DNA of 64,000 nt, taken from the NCBI GenBank assembly GCA_044229845.1, contig JBGASG010000013.1:1-64000 (forward strand). Reading direction: 5' to 3'. Positions 29,527 through 38,788 of the stretch are shown here, one piece after another. The position numbers and the translations under genes are program-made. A model generated the notes under the pieces. The model saw nothing but the letters and a program-made list of their open reading frames with translations. It was not told where the DNA came from and did no database searches. Source of the stretch: Candidatus Obscuribacteraceae bacterium. GTDB lineage: Bacteria; Cyanobacteriota; Vampirovibrionia; Obscuribacterales; Obscuribacteraceae. Position 1 is the first letter of the stretch; every line of letters starts with the position of its first letter.

Positions 29527-30231
29527 TTAGACGACGCAGACGCGATCTCCGCCGCGCTGAACCGACAGTTCAAGCGCCTGGATAGCCCGGGCCACCAGTT
29601 CGTCGTGCTCGCGCGCATGCGCCGGGAACGACGCCAGACCGATGCTGGCTGTGACTTTCAGGTTGTTCCAGTTGTGCGTAATCGCTTGTGTACCGACGCG
29701 CTGGCGGATGCGCTCCGCGACAACAGCAGCGCCTGCAGCATTGGTCTCAGGCAGAATAAGGGAAAACTCATCGCCGGAGTAGCGAGCTGGAATGTCGACG
29801 TCGCGAATGCACTCGCGAAGCACGTTGGCAATAACTTTCAACACGGCATCAGATGTCAACGCACCATACTGGCGCGAGACTTCTTTGTAGCCGTCGATGG
29901 CAATCATCACCAGTGATACCGGACGCTTGTAGCGCTTGGCACGCTTCAGTTCGTCCTTGAGTTCTTTCAAAAATGTTCTCGAGTTGTAAAGCTCGGTGAG
30001 AGAGTCGAGCAGAGCCAGCCTCTCCAGTTCTTCACCCTTGGTCGAGGTGAGCGTGCTTTGAGCGCTCTGCAACACAGAGCGGCTCTCCAGCTCTTTAATG
30101 CGGTCCATTACCTGACCGTCGACGTTGGCACGGGTTTGCGAACCGGTGACCTTGCCTCGTTGCGGGTTGTCCAGTACTCGGCAAAACATGCAAGTTCTGC
30201 CGCTACAAATGTGATCGGTCCTGCCTACCAT
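29527..30231 (-). CDS. GGDEF-domain protein (SGDEF variant) with a short Cys-rich N-terminus
   Basis: DSLTELYN, RxxD (RDVD), YSGDEF, N-terminal HICSGRTCMFC. Confidence 0.9.
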   Translation of the reverse strand: MVGRTDHICSGRTCMFCRVLDNPQRGKVTGSQTRANVDGQVMDRIKELESRSVLQSAQSTLTSTKGEELERLALLDSLTELYNSRTFLKELKDELKRAKRYKRPVSLVMIAIDGYKEVSRQYGALTSDAVLKVIANVLRECIRDVDIPARYSGDEFSLILPETNAAGAAVVAERIRQRVGTQAITHNWNNLKVTASIGLASFPAHAREHDELVARAIQALELSVQRGGDRVCVV

Positions 30232-30376
30232 AAACTCTCTCTTCGCCAGCGTGGAATTAGTTCGGGTCTGGGTCTGGCTGCCAATTTTATGTTACCCGGC
30301 TAGATTAAACGTCAAACCCCACCACAGTATATTCAAAAAACTTATCTGCAGTCAGGGATAACGAAAAGAAATAATA

Positions 30377-31798
30377 TCAAGTGCTGGCGGAAGCGACCGC
30401 ATTTTCTCGGAAGTTGTCTGGGGCGGGAAGAGAACGGACCACGGCCCCGCCCTTCACAATCGACTCGCCGTCCACAAACACATCAGTAACCCGAACGCCC
30501 CCGTGCATCAGCATCTCGTACGGTTTCTCCCGCGCTCCATGGGTTATCAGCTGGTCGATGGCGAAGACGGCCAGATCGGCAACCTTGCCTACCTCCAGGC
30601 TTCCGAGCTGGTGGTCCATTCCGAGCACGCGCGCGGCGCCCAGGGTGAGATGCCGGAAGAAAGTTTCAGACGCCAGTCCGTGTTCAGGTTCGAAGAGACG
30701 CAGCGCGTGCAGACTGAATCGGGCATCGTGCAAAACGGACAGGTCGGGCGCGGATGCAGCACTGTCGGTTCCGAAACCCAACTTCACCCCAGCCTCAAGA
30801 AAAGCGGACACCGGTGCAAAGCCGTTGCGCAAACGGGCGTTGCTGCGCGGGCAATGGGCAACTCCCACCTGGGCGGTCGCCAGGGTGTCTATGTCGCCGG
30901 GCGCCATCTGCACAGCGTGCGCGCAGACGAGATTGCTGGACAGCAACTGGTGCCGGCGAGCATACTCTACCGGCGAGGCGGCTGCGCCCGCCTGCCGCCA
31001 GCTCGTGATAGTGGCAATCTCTGCCACATCCCGGCCATACACCCAGGACAGGTAGCCGACAATGTCGTCACCGCCACCCGACAGGAAGTCGCATTCGGCT
31101 TGCGACTCGGCAAGATGGCAGAGAACCGGCAACTCGGCTGACTGCGCCCACTGCAGAGCGCGCCGCCAGAGCGGCGGCGATACCGTATATGGTGCGTGCG
31201 GCGAGACAGTCAGGGTCACCCGCCCATCGCCCTCCGGGCACAGCCCGGCTTGTTTTCTGGTCTCAGACAGACGCGTCTTCAGCGCTGAGAGCTTCGTCAA
31301 CCACTCCTGCCAGATCTGCTCCTGCCGCTCTCCATCGATGCCGAAAAGCTCCAGTCCGACCACCGCCCGCAAGCCTACCAGGGCCGCCGCCTCGGCAGCC
31401 GCACCGCGAAAAGAGCAGTCAGCAATCAGAGTGGTTCCCGAAGTTGCTACTTCCGCCGCTCCCTGTAAGGCCGAATCCAGCCAGTCACTTTCATGAAACT
31501 GCCTCGAACCGCTAACCAGCGCTCTCAACCAGCCGAACATGGAGGAGTCGGTATCGACGTGGCGCAAATATGTATAGTCGAGATGGGTGTGCAGATTGAT
31601 CAAACCCGGCGTCAAAATCGCGGCGCCGAAATCCACCAGCTCAGCATCGGGAGCCAGATTGCAGATCCTGTCGCGCTCGCCGACTGCCTTGATGACAGCA
31701 CCCTCCAGGAGCACCGCGCCGTCAGCGATCGGTTCAGCGCTCACCGGCACAAGCCAGCGAGCAGAGAGGATCTTTCGATTTACAAAACCGGCACTCAT
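30377..31798 (-). CDS. Amidohydrolase, nucleoside deaminase type (MTA/SAH or aminodeoxyfutalosine deaminase-like)
   Basis: HTH, SPHAPYT, HLAES, HCPRSN, GTDS metal ligands. Start moved to 31798. Confidence 0.88.
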   Translation of the reverse strand: MSAGFVNRKILSARWLVPVSAEPIADGAVLLEGAVIKAVGERDRICNLAPDAELVDFGAAILTPGLINLHTHLDYTYLRHVDTDSSMFGWLRALVSGSRQFHESDWLDSALQGAAEVATSGTTLIADCSFRGAAAEAAALVGLRAVVGLELFGIDGERQEQIWQEWLTKLSALKTRLSETRKQAGLCPEGDGRVTLTVSPHAPYTVSPPLWRRALQWAQSAELPVLCHLAESQAECDFLSGGGDDIVGYLSWVYGRDVAEIATITSWRQAGAAASPVEYARRHQLLSSNLVCAHAVQMAPGDIDTLATAQVGVAHCPRSNARLRNGFAPVSAFLEAGVKLGFGTDSAASAPDLSVLHDARFSLHALRLFEPEHGLASETFFRHLTLGAARVLGMDHQLGSLEVGKVADLAVFAIDQLITHGAREKPYEMLMHGGVRVTDVFVDGESIVKGGAVVRSLPAPDNFRENAVASAST

Positions 31799-31890
31799 GC
31801 ACCGCAACTCATGTGTATTGAATGTGAAGGTACAAACGTGTTGTACTATAAGCACCGCTCAAAGCGGCTCCCATTCTAACTTGAACACCC

Positions 31891-32367
31891 GTGAAAATAA
31901 GTCTCGACGAACTCCAGTCTCTACCGTCCGGACGGCTCGATGTCGATTTTACGACCGGCATGCGCGTCCTCGGTCATGTGCAGACGCTGCTCAAGCTCAA
32001 TTGCCACCGTTGTCTCAACCCGTATTTCTTGAGCCTCAACGTGGAAATCGACGAAAGGTTCGTCAGTGAGCACGTTCAGGGCTTTTCTTCGCGCAACATC
32101 CAGAAAGAACGAGAATTGTCGGCTGGCGACTTCGTTGAATACCTGCCGGAGGACGACATTCTTGACATCAGCGATGTCGTTTATCAAGCTGTAACCTTGG
32201 CTACTCCCACCACTTGTCTTTGCGGAGAGGACTGTCCGGGACCGCAATTGACGCCCCAGACCAGCAGATCGGTTGTCTTAGCAGAAGATCAGAAAGTCTC
32301 TAAGAGCGAGAAACCCATTGACCCTCGATGGAGAAACTTGAAGAGTCTGTTTCCAAACGACGAATAA
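31891..32367 (+). CDS. yceD: DUF177/YceD family protein
   Basis: CHRCL, LC.EDCPG, IDPRW, position upstream of rpmF. Confidence 0.9.
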   Translation: MKISLDELQSLPSGRLDVDFTTGMRVLGHVQTLLKLNCHRCLNPYFLSLNVEIDERFVSEHVQGFSSRNIQKERELSAGDFVEYLPEDDILDISDVVYQAVTLATPTTCLCGEDCPGPQLTPQTSRSVVLAEDQKVSKSEKPIDPRWRNLKSLFPNDE

Positions 32368-32440
32368 TAAACAAGATCAGTCATAATTATTGACCGCGTC
32401 TGCCCCGTCGCACGGGTTTTTTGTCCGGAGAAAAAGTGTT

Positions 32441-32638
32441 ATGGCTCAGCCAAAGAAAAAGACATCGCATCAAAAGCAGGCACAACGTCGTGCCAAAAAC
32501 TATCTCAAAATGGAAACTGCCAATCTGAGCGCTTGCGGTCAGTGCGGTCAGCCCTGCCGTCCGCATCAAGTGTGCGCGTCGTGTGGTTATTACAGAGGTC
32601 GTCCGGCTCGCCGCCGCGATAACCTGCTGAGCGAATAA
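32441..32638 (+). CDS. rpmF: 50S ribosomal protein L32 (Zn-binding form)
   Basis: MAQPKKKTS, CGQC...PHQVCASCGYY, GGAG SD. Confidence 0.96.
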   Translation: MAQPKKKTSHQKQAQRRAKNYLKMETANLSACGQCGQPCRPHQVCASCGYYRGRPARRRDNLLSE

Positions 32639-32670
32639 CTAACACACACGATACCGGGCGCACCTGAGGC

Positions 32671-33699
32671 ATGGAAAAAATTCGCATTGCCGTTGACGCC
32701 ATGGGCGGTGACCACGCCCCACGCGAAGTCGTCCACGGAGCAGTGCTGGCAGCAAAGGAATGGAGTGACCTCGAGGTTCTGCTCGTAGGCGCTCCGGACG
32801 CCGTCGAGGCAGAACTTGCCCGTCACGGCGCGCGCCTTGCCAATATCAAAATCGTGCCGGCATCCGAAGTTATCGGCATGGACGAAAAACCCAGCCGCGC
32901 CATTCTCAAGAAGAAAGACTCATCGATTGTCGTAGCCACCAAGCAGGTAGCGGACGGACTGGCGGACGGGATTGTGGCAGCCGGCTCCACCGGGGCGGCT
33001 GCTGTGGCGGCACAACTGGGACTGGGTCGCATCACCAATGTCGACCGGTCGGCAATCGCCTGCACAATGCCTTCGTCGGGGACCAATCCCACCATCATGC
33101 TGGACGTGGGAGCCAACGTCGACTGCACGCCATTTCAACTGCTGCAATTCGGACTGATGGGCGTGATCGTTTGCGAAGCGCTTTTCGGCACCAAAAACCC
33201 CAAGGTGGCAATTCTCAACATCGGCACGGAAGAAACCAAAGGCAACGAGCTGGTTCAAGGTGCCTACCGGCTTTTCAAAGAAAACGATCAGCTGAACTTC
33301 ACAGGCTTTATCGAAGGGCGCGACTTCCCGATGGCTAAAGCAGATGTAGTCGTCACCGACGGTTTCACAGGCAACGTCACGCTCAAGACAGCTGAGGGCA
33401 TCGCCAAGATGATCGGACTGATGCTGAAACAAGAGTTGCATGCCAATGTGCGCACCAAAATTGGCGGCAAGATTGCCGAGCCGGCATTCGACGCTCTCAA
33501 GCGCCGCATTGATTACAGCGAATTCGGCGGCGCACTTTTAGTCGGGGTCAAAGGCGTGTACGTGATCGCCCATGGTGGTTCCACCCACACGGCAATCAAA
33601 AACGCAATTCGCACTGCGCGCGAAATGGTGGTACACAAAATGGTGGAGCGAATCGAAGCGTCGCTATCCAAAGTAGCGGCCGGTTCGACCGCCAAATGA
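32671..33699 (+). CDS. plsX: Phosphate acyltransferase
   Basis: IAVDAMGGDHAP, DVGAN, NIGTEETKG, VTDGFTGN, HGGS. Confidence 0.97.
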   Translation: MEKIRIAVDAMGGDHAPREVVHGAVLAAKEWSDLEVLLVGAPDAVEAELARHGARLANIKIVPASEVIGMDEKPSRAILKKKDSSIVVATKQVADGLADGIVAAGSTGAAAVAAQLGLGRITNVDRSAIACTMPSSGTNPTIMLDVGANVDCTPFQLLQFGLMGVIVCEALFGTKNPKVAILNIGTEETKGNELVQGAYRLFKENDQLNFTGFIEGRDFPMAKADVVVTDGFTGNVTLKTAEGIAKMIGLMLKQELHANVRTKIGGKIAEPAFDALKRRIDYSEFGGALLVGVKGVYVIAHGGSTHTAIKNAIRTAREMVVHKMVERIEASLSKVAAGSTAK

Positions 33700-34754
33700 A
33701 GCTGCCGATCGGGGCGAAGATTACCGGAGTGGGAGCGGCTGTTCCTGCCCATATCGTCACCAATGCCGATCTGGAAACTCTGGTCGACACATCGGACGAG
33801 TGGATCAAAACGCGCACCGGCATCGCCCAAAGGCGCGTGGTGGCACAGGACGAAACCACGACGGGGCTGGCAATTGAAGCGGCTCGCGACGCGCTGGGAT
33901 TTGCCGGGGTCGACCCGTTGCAACTGGACCTGATCATTGTCGCCACATCAACACCGGACAATCTTTATCCATCTACTGCCTGCATGGTGCAGGGAGCCAT
34001 CGGTGCATCGAATGCCGCCGCTTTCGACCTGGAAGCCGCCTGCACGGGCATCGTTTATGCCCTGGCCGTCGGGCAGCAATTTATTGGTTCAGGCACCTTC
34101 AAAACAGTGCTGGTGATTGGCGTCGACATTCACTCGCGTTTCCTCAACTGGGAGGATCGCAATACGTGCATCTTGTTCGGCGACGGGGGTGGAGCGTTTC
34201 TTCTGCAGGCATCGGAAGACGAAAACGACATGCTCTCGACCTATCTGCGCGCCGACGGCACCGGGTCACACCTGCTCTTCATCCCCAACACGGGTGCCGG
34301 CTATCCGCATCAGGACGGCACTCAGCCCAAAGCCGCCCACCGGTATCTGCAAATGAACGGCCGCGCCATCTACGAGTTTGCCGTCAACGCAGTACCGGAA
34401 GCGGTGCGTGCTTGCTGCGCCAAGGCCGGCATTCGAGTTGAAGACATCGACTTTCTGGTGCCTCACCAGGCCAACCATCGCATCATTAAAGCGGCGGCTG
34501 ACCGGCTGGGGCTGCGCAACGAACAGGTAATCAGTAATCTGGATCAATTCGGAAACACATCGGCTGCCTCAATTCCCCTGGCGTTTGCCGACGCCGTCAT
34601 GCGCAACTCCATACAACCGCCGGCGCTCTGCGCGCTGGTCGGCTTTGGGGGCGGGTTGACCTGGGGCTGTTCCATCGTGCGCTGGACAGCCGAAGACAAA
34701 CGCGGCGTTCGACAGAGCTTGCTCAAAGAAGAAATCAAAGAGACAACACCATAG
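33696..34754 (+). CDS. fabH: Beta-ketoacyl-ACP synthase III
   Basis: DTSDEWIKTRTGI, AACTG, PHQAN, GNTSAASIP, GFGGGLTWG. Confidence 0.97.
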   Translation: MKLPIGAKITGVGAAVPAHIVTNADLETLVDTSDEWIKTRTGIAQRRVVAQDETTTGLAIEAARDALGFAGVDPLQLDLIIVATSTPDNLYPSTACMVQGAIGASNAAAFDLEAACTGIVYALAVGQQFIGSGTFKTVLVIGVDIHSRFLNWEDRNTCILFGDGGGAFLLQASEDENDMLSTYLRADGTGSHLLFIPNTGAGYPHQDGTQPKAAHRYLQMNGRAIYEFAVNAVPEAVRACCAKAGIRVEDIDFLVPHQANHRIIKAAADRLGLRNEQVISNLDQFGNTSAASIPLAFADAVMRNSIQPPALCALVGFGGGLTWGCSIVRWTAEDKRGVRQSLLKEEIKETTP

Positions 34755-34762
34755 GTGATATC

Positions 34763-35719
34763 ATGGCAAAACTCGCATGTCTATTTCCCGGTCAAGGTTC
34801 GCAATCCGTTGGCATGGGCAAAGACTTCTTTGATAATAGCGCAGAAGCCCGCCAGACCTTCGAAGAGATCGACGGCATTGCCGGAAGGTCGCTGTCCAGC
34901 CTCTGTTTCGAAGGACCAGAAGACGAGTTGAAACGCACCATCAACACGCAGCCGACGATTCTCGCCGTATCGCTGGCCGCCTGGCGCGCCTGGGAGGCGG
35001 CTGGTGGCCCTCAACCCGTTTATACCGCTGGCCATTCGCTCGGCGAATTCACCGCACTGGTGGCCGCCGGGGCACTGTCGGTGGAGGCAGCCGTGAAGCT
35101 GGTCGATAAGCGCTCGCGCTTGATGGAGACCTGTCCGCGCGGCGCCATGAGCGCAGTCATCGGTATCGCAGCCGAAGATCTTTCGCGCTTTTGCAGTGAA
35201 GCTTGTGATGAAACCACTTCCATGAACAGCCTGCCGGTCTGCATCGTCGCCAACTACAACACTCGCGAGCAACTGGTAATCTCGGGCTCGCCGGAAGCGG
35301 TCTCGGTGACGGGCGAAAAGGCTAAGAAAGCCGGTGCACGCGTAGTGCCGCTGCCGGTCGGCGGTGCCTTTCATTCACCACTGATGGAGGCAGCCGCTGT
35401 CGAATTCGAGTCAGAACTGGAGAACTATCAACTTAGCGACGCCAGATTCGATGTCGTGCAAAACTTCGACGGTAAGCCGTCCAGACAGTCCAAAGAACTG
35501 CAAGAGAAACTTTCACAACAGATGCCCAATGCAGTGCGCTGGGTCGACACGATAGAATTCATGCTCGCGCAGGGCGTCGACACATTTGTAGAGATCGGTC
35601 CCGGCAAAGCACTGGCCGGCATGGTCAAGAAAATCGATCGCAAGGCGACCGTCCACAACGTCTACGATCCGGCAACACTTTCAGAAACGCTGACCGCACT
35701 GCAGTCAGTGCCCGCCTGA
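34763..35719 (+). CDS. fabD: Malonyl-CoA:ACP transacylase
   Basis: FPGQGSQ, GHSLGE, GAFHSPLM, EIGPG. Confidence 0.97.
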   Translation: MAKLACLFPGQGSQSVGMGKDFFDNSAEARQTFEEIDGIAGRSLSSLCFEGPEDELKRTINTQPTILAVSLAAWRAWEAAGGPQPVYTAGHSLGEFTALVAAGALSVEAAVKLVDKRSRLMETCPRGAMSAVIGIAAEDLSRFCSEACDETTSMNSLPVCIVANYNTREQLVISGSPEAVSVTGEKAKKAGARVVPLPVGGAFHSPLMEAAAVEFESELENYQLSDARFDVVQNFDGKPSRQSKELQEKLSQQMPNAVRWVDTIEFMLAQGVDTFVEIGPGKALAGMVKKIDRKATVHNVYDPATLSETLTALQSVPA

Positions 35720-37723
35720 ACGGCCTCGATTCGCCGATGGCGGTTGTTTCATTTGACGATAGGCGGTCGCCAGAGCAGCCTCGGCTTGACTGATCTGGTC
35801 GGCATTGCCGGTTTCGCTCAGCTTCAAGATCCTGATGCCTTCTACGTAGTCGGGCACTGAGAGGTCAGGTCGTCCGCGCCTTTGATTCAGACCCGCAATG
35901 TGAATCAGCAATCGCCCGCGCTCTTCCTCTCCTTTCTTATGCTGGATCAGATCATCGGCCGCGCGGCGCATGTATCGCGATCCTTCCTCGGCTTCTCCCT
36001 CTGCGAAAAGGCGCTCTCCGTATTCGCGATAGACCTCAAACATGTTGAGGGCGGGCGAATCACCGGTGTCGAGGTCGATTATCTCCTTCAAAAGTTTCAG
36101 GCGCGCAGGAGCGTTGGCAAGTTTCTCGTAAAGCTCCCGCCGTGCCTTGATTCGTTCATCGTTAACGGTCCGCGTCACCGCTTGATTCTCTGTCCGTATG
36201 TCTCGAAACACCGCATCATAGAAGGCGACTCTGTCGGCTGGGCTTTTCCGGTTGGAAAACAACTTATCCACAGACTTGCAATACCACTCGAAATCTTCGC
36301 GCGACTCGACTGTATTCCCCACATGAGACTCCGCAATCAGAGCCTCCTTGAAGTCGCGAACGGCTATTCGATATAGTTCGTCTCGGCGCCGCTCATAGTA
36401 AGGTTGCACGCTCAGCGAGCAATACAGCCAGGCACTGTTAGACATAAACCAGGCATAGACGCCCTCGCCCAGCAAACCCCTCTGTTTCTGCAGCCGGTGA
36501 ACGCGCTCCTCCAACTGCTCGGGCGTGACGGGATTGAGACCGTAGAGAACCGCCTGTAAATACAAGTCGGCAATCAATTTTTCCTTCTCGTCGGCCGGAA
36601 AGTGGTGGGTGGCTTCCACCGCCTCTCTGGCAAACCGCAGCGACTCAGACTGCTTGCCCAGTCTCGTTCTCCAGTGAACTTCCTTCAGTGCAGCCCGATA
36701 CTGCTGACGATACCGCGTCTCCTCCTCCAGCTGCAGGTCGTGCTGTGAAGTTTGATAGGCTCCGGCGCACAGCGCGATGCCAATCACAATCAAGGTCAGC
36801 ACCAAAAGAAAACCTCTCAAACGCTTGTTCGAGATTCGGCGCCGCACTGTATATGGTGCAGCACCGGTAAGTGCTTGAGTCATACCATCGGCGGTGGCAA
36901 ATCTGGCGTCCGGTTGGGCGCTCAGTGCCTGCAGTATTACGCCCTTCGTGCGCGCCGAGATGCCGGAGGGTAGCGGACGTGGCTCAGCCTGCCAGCGGGC
37001 CTGCAGGTCCGCCAGATTGCCTGAACCATCCCAGGGCAAGCACCCGGACAGCGCCTCGTAAAAGCATACGCCCACTGCGAAAAGATCAGCCCGCCCATCC
37101 AGTGGCCGCCCGGTCAACTGCTCCGGACTCATGTAGTCAGGCGTGCCGACGATGGCGCCGGACTGCGTCAATTTCTGCCCAGCTTCCGCATCCAGCGATT
37201 TAGCAATGCCGAAATCGATCAACTTCACTGCACCGTCGGCGGTGATCAGTATGTTGGCCGGCGTGATGTCGCGATGGATCAGACCACGCTCGTGAACCAG
37301 CGCCAGCGCGCTGAGAACCTGGTTGAATATCGAGATCGCCTCTTGCTCCGGAAGAGTCCGCTGCTCAGCGAGCAACTTTTTCAGACTGCTTCCGTCGACA
37401 AATTCGCTGACGATATAGAGTCGCCCATCCGACGAGAGCACTACCTGATAGATCGCGCAGATGTTGTCGTGGCGGACCTCGCTAAGCGCTTTGGCCTCGC
37501 GTCGCAAACGCTGTACGGCTGAGCGATCCTGAACTTTGTGCTCGTGCAGAAGCTTGATCGCCACCATACGCTCGAGCTGGAGATCTCGCGCTTTAAACAC
37601 ACGTCCCATGCCGCCAACTCCCAGAAGATGAAGAAGTTGGTAGCGTCCGTCGATTAACTCGGCTACATCTGGAGATACACAAATGTCGTCGTCGGCTGTC
37701 GGCGCCGGCTGCTCTCCAGACAC
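35705..37723 (-). CDS. Membrane Ser/Thr protein kinase with a TPR-like C-terminal region
   Basis: LGVGGMG, VAIK, HRDITPAN, DFG, GTPDYMSPE, one TM, helical repeats. Confidence 0.93.
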   Translation of the reverse strand: MSGEQPAPTADDDICVSPDVAELIDGRYQLLHLLGVGGMGRVFKARDLQLERMVAIKLLHEHKVQDRSAVQRLRREAKALSEVRHDNICAIYQVVLSSDGRLYIVSEFVDGSSLKKLLAEQRTLPEQEAISIFNQVLSALALVHERGLIHRDITPANILITADGAVKLIDFGIAKSLDAEAGQKLTQSGAIVGTPDYMSPEQLTGRPLDGRADLFAVGVCFYEALSGCLPWDGSGNLADLQARWQAEPRPLPSGISARTKGVILQALSAQPDARFATADGMTQALTGAAPYTVRRRISNKRLRGFLLVLTLIVIGIALCAGAYQTSQHDLQLEEETRYRQQYRAALKEVHWRTRLGKQSESLRFAREAVEATHHFPADEKEKLIADLYLQAVLYGLNPVTPEQLEERVHRLQKQRGLLGEGVYAWFMSNSAWLYCSLSVQPYYERRRDELYRIAVRDFKEALIAESHVGNTVESREDFEWYCKSVDKLFSNRKSPADRVAFYDAVFRDIRTENQAVTRTVNDERIKARRELYEKLANAPARLKLLKEIIDLDTGDSPALNMFEVYREYGERLFAEGEAEEGSRYMRRAADDLIQHKKGEEERGRLLIHIAGLNQRRGRPDLSVPDYVEGIRILKLSETGNADQISQAEAALATAYRQMKQPPSANRGRSGGH

Positions 37724-37730
37724 GGTCAGA

Positions 37731-38363
37731 CTAGCCTTCGCGGGCGCGGCGTTTAGCCAGCTGAATTTGACGCTCGGCTTCCCGAGGATCTGAGAGCATG
37801 ATGAGTTGCAACTTAGTTTTGGCTGTCGTCACTTCCACACCATTGCCTGTCGCACGGGTGGTCACGATGTCGGTGAGCGGCACAGCCGTATCGATCGGAT
37901 CGCGGCGCCTGGTCCAGGCGTAGGAGACACCGAGCAGACGCTTATTGGTGACCACATAGACCTGCTTGCGGTCGAACAAAAAGACAATGATGAGTCCGGT
38001 CACAGTCAGGATCGCAAACAGAATCAGTTCGCCTTTTCCAGCGCTGTGGAACGCCATGGTGCCCAGGCAGAGCACGGCAAAGAAGATGGCGAAATAGAAT
38101 TTAGCCCGCTCCAGTGGACGTTCCAGCCAACGCACCACTTCGTTTTCCTGCAAGCTCTGCCTGATCGCTTGGCGACCGAGACGGGGCAAGGCATCGAACT
38201 GCCTGGCGCCGACCGTGAACTCGGCGACTTTCACCTCTTCTACGGAGCCATCGGGGAGGCGCACCAGCCCCGGGCTCCAGTCGTTCTCAAAGCTCATTGC
38301 AACCATCCACTTTCTTCTGAAATTATCACTTCGTGCGATTCTAACGGAAATGTAAGGCTTCAC
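37731..38363 (-). CDS. Two-TM membrane protein with a bacterial PH-like domain (start probably 38306 or 38297)
   Basis: LQENEVVRW, two TMs, YVVTNKRL motif. Confidence 0.65.
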   Translation of the reverse strand: MKPYISVRIARSDNFRRKWMVAMSFENDWSPGLVRLPDGSVEEVKVAEFTVGARQFDALPRLGRQAIRQSLQENEVVRWLERPLERAKFYFAIFFAVLCLGTMAFHSAGKGELILFAILTVTGLIIVFLFDRKQVYVVTNKRLLGVSYAWTRRRDPIDTAVPLTDIVTTRATGNGVEVTTAKTKLQLIMLSDPREAERQIQLAKRRAREG

Positions 38364-38394
38364 GTTAGGCGTATGTCAAAAATGGGACCTTTGA

Positions 38395-38418
38395 AAAGTG
38401 TATGCGATAATACACTTT
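38395..38418. promoter_or_regulatory. Inverted-repeat operator candidate with an NtcA-like TGTA-N8-TACA core
   Basis: AAAGTGTAT-GCGATA-ATACACTTT, perfect 9-bp arms, in the divergent promoter region. Confidence 0.55.
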
Positions 38419-38483
38419 ACTCAGATTCTGGCCTGGTTCTCAACCCGTGTTGAAGATGCCTCTGGTCGAAAGGGTTGATTATC

Positions 38484-38771
38484 ATGAACAATAAGCTTTT
38501 CGTGGGCAACTTGGCCTATTCAGTTACTGAAGACGAACTTCAGCAACTGTTTGGCGAGTTCGGCGAAGTAACCTCGGCCGTAGTGCCGAAGGATAGAGAA
38601 ACTGGTCGCCCGCGCGGATTTGCGTTCGTTGAAATGCAGACCCAAGCTGCTGCCGAAGCCGCTATCAAAGGTCTCGACGGCCGCGAAATGTCTGGACGCC
38701 AGATCAAGGTCAGCCCATCCCAACCAAAACCGCGCACCGGCGGCGGTGGCGGCGGACGTTATCGCTATTAA
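38484..38771 (+). CDS. RRM RNA-binding protein (cyanobacterial Rbp type)
   Basis: LFVGNL (RNP2), RGFAFVEM (RNP1), Gly-rich tail. Confidence 0.96.
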   Translation: MNNKLFVGNLAYSVTEDELQQLFGEFGEVTSAVVPKDRETGRPRGFAFVEMQTQAAAEAAIKGLDGREMSGRQIKVSPSQPKPRTGGGGGGRYRY

Positions 38772-38788
38772 GCAAAGGCTAGGCACCC

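Noticed and set aside
36264..36272. Perfect DnaA box TTATCCACA
   Set aside because: Single copy inside a coding region.
38464..38474. GGTCGAAAGGG shared by the rbp and SLH (49155-49165) leaders
   Set aside because: GAAAGGG is also the SD before the GGDEF gene at 9873, so only 4 extra nt are shared, which is compatible with chance.
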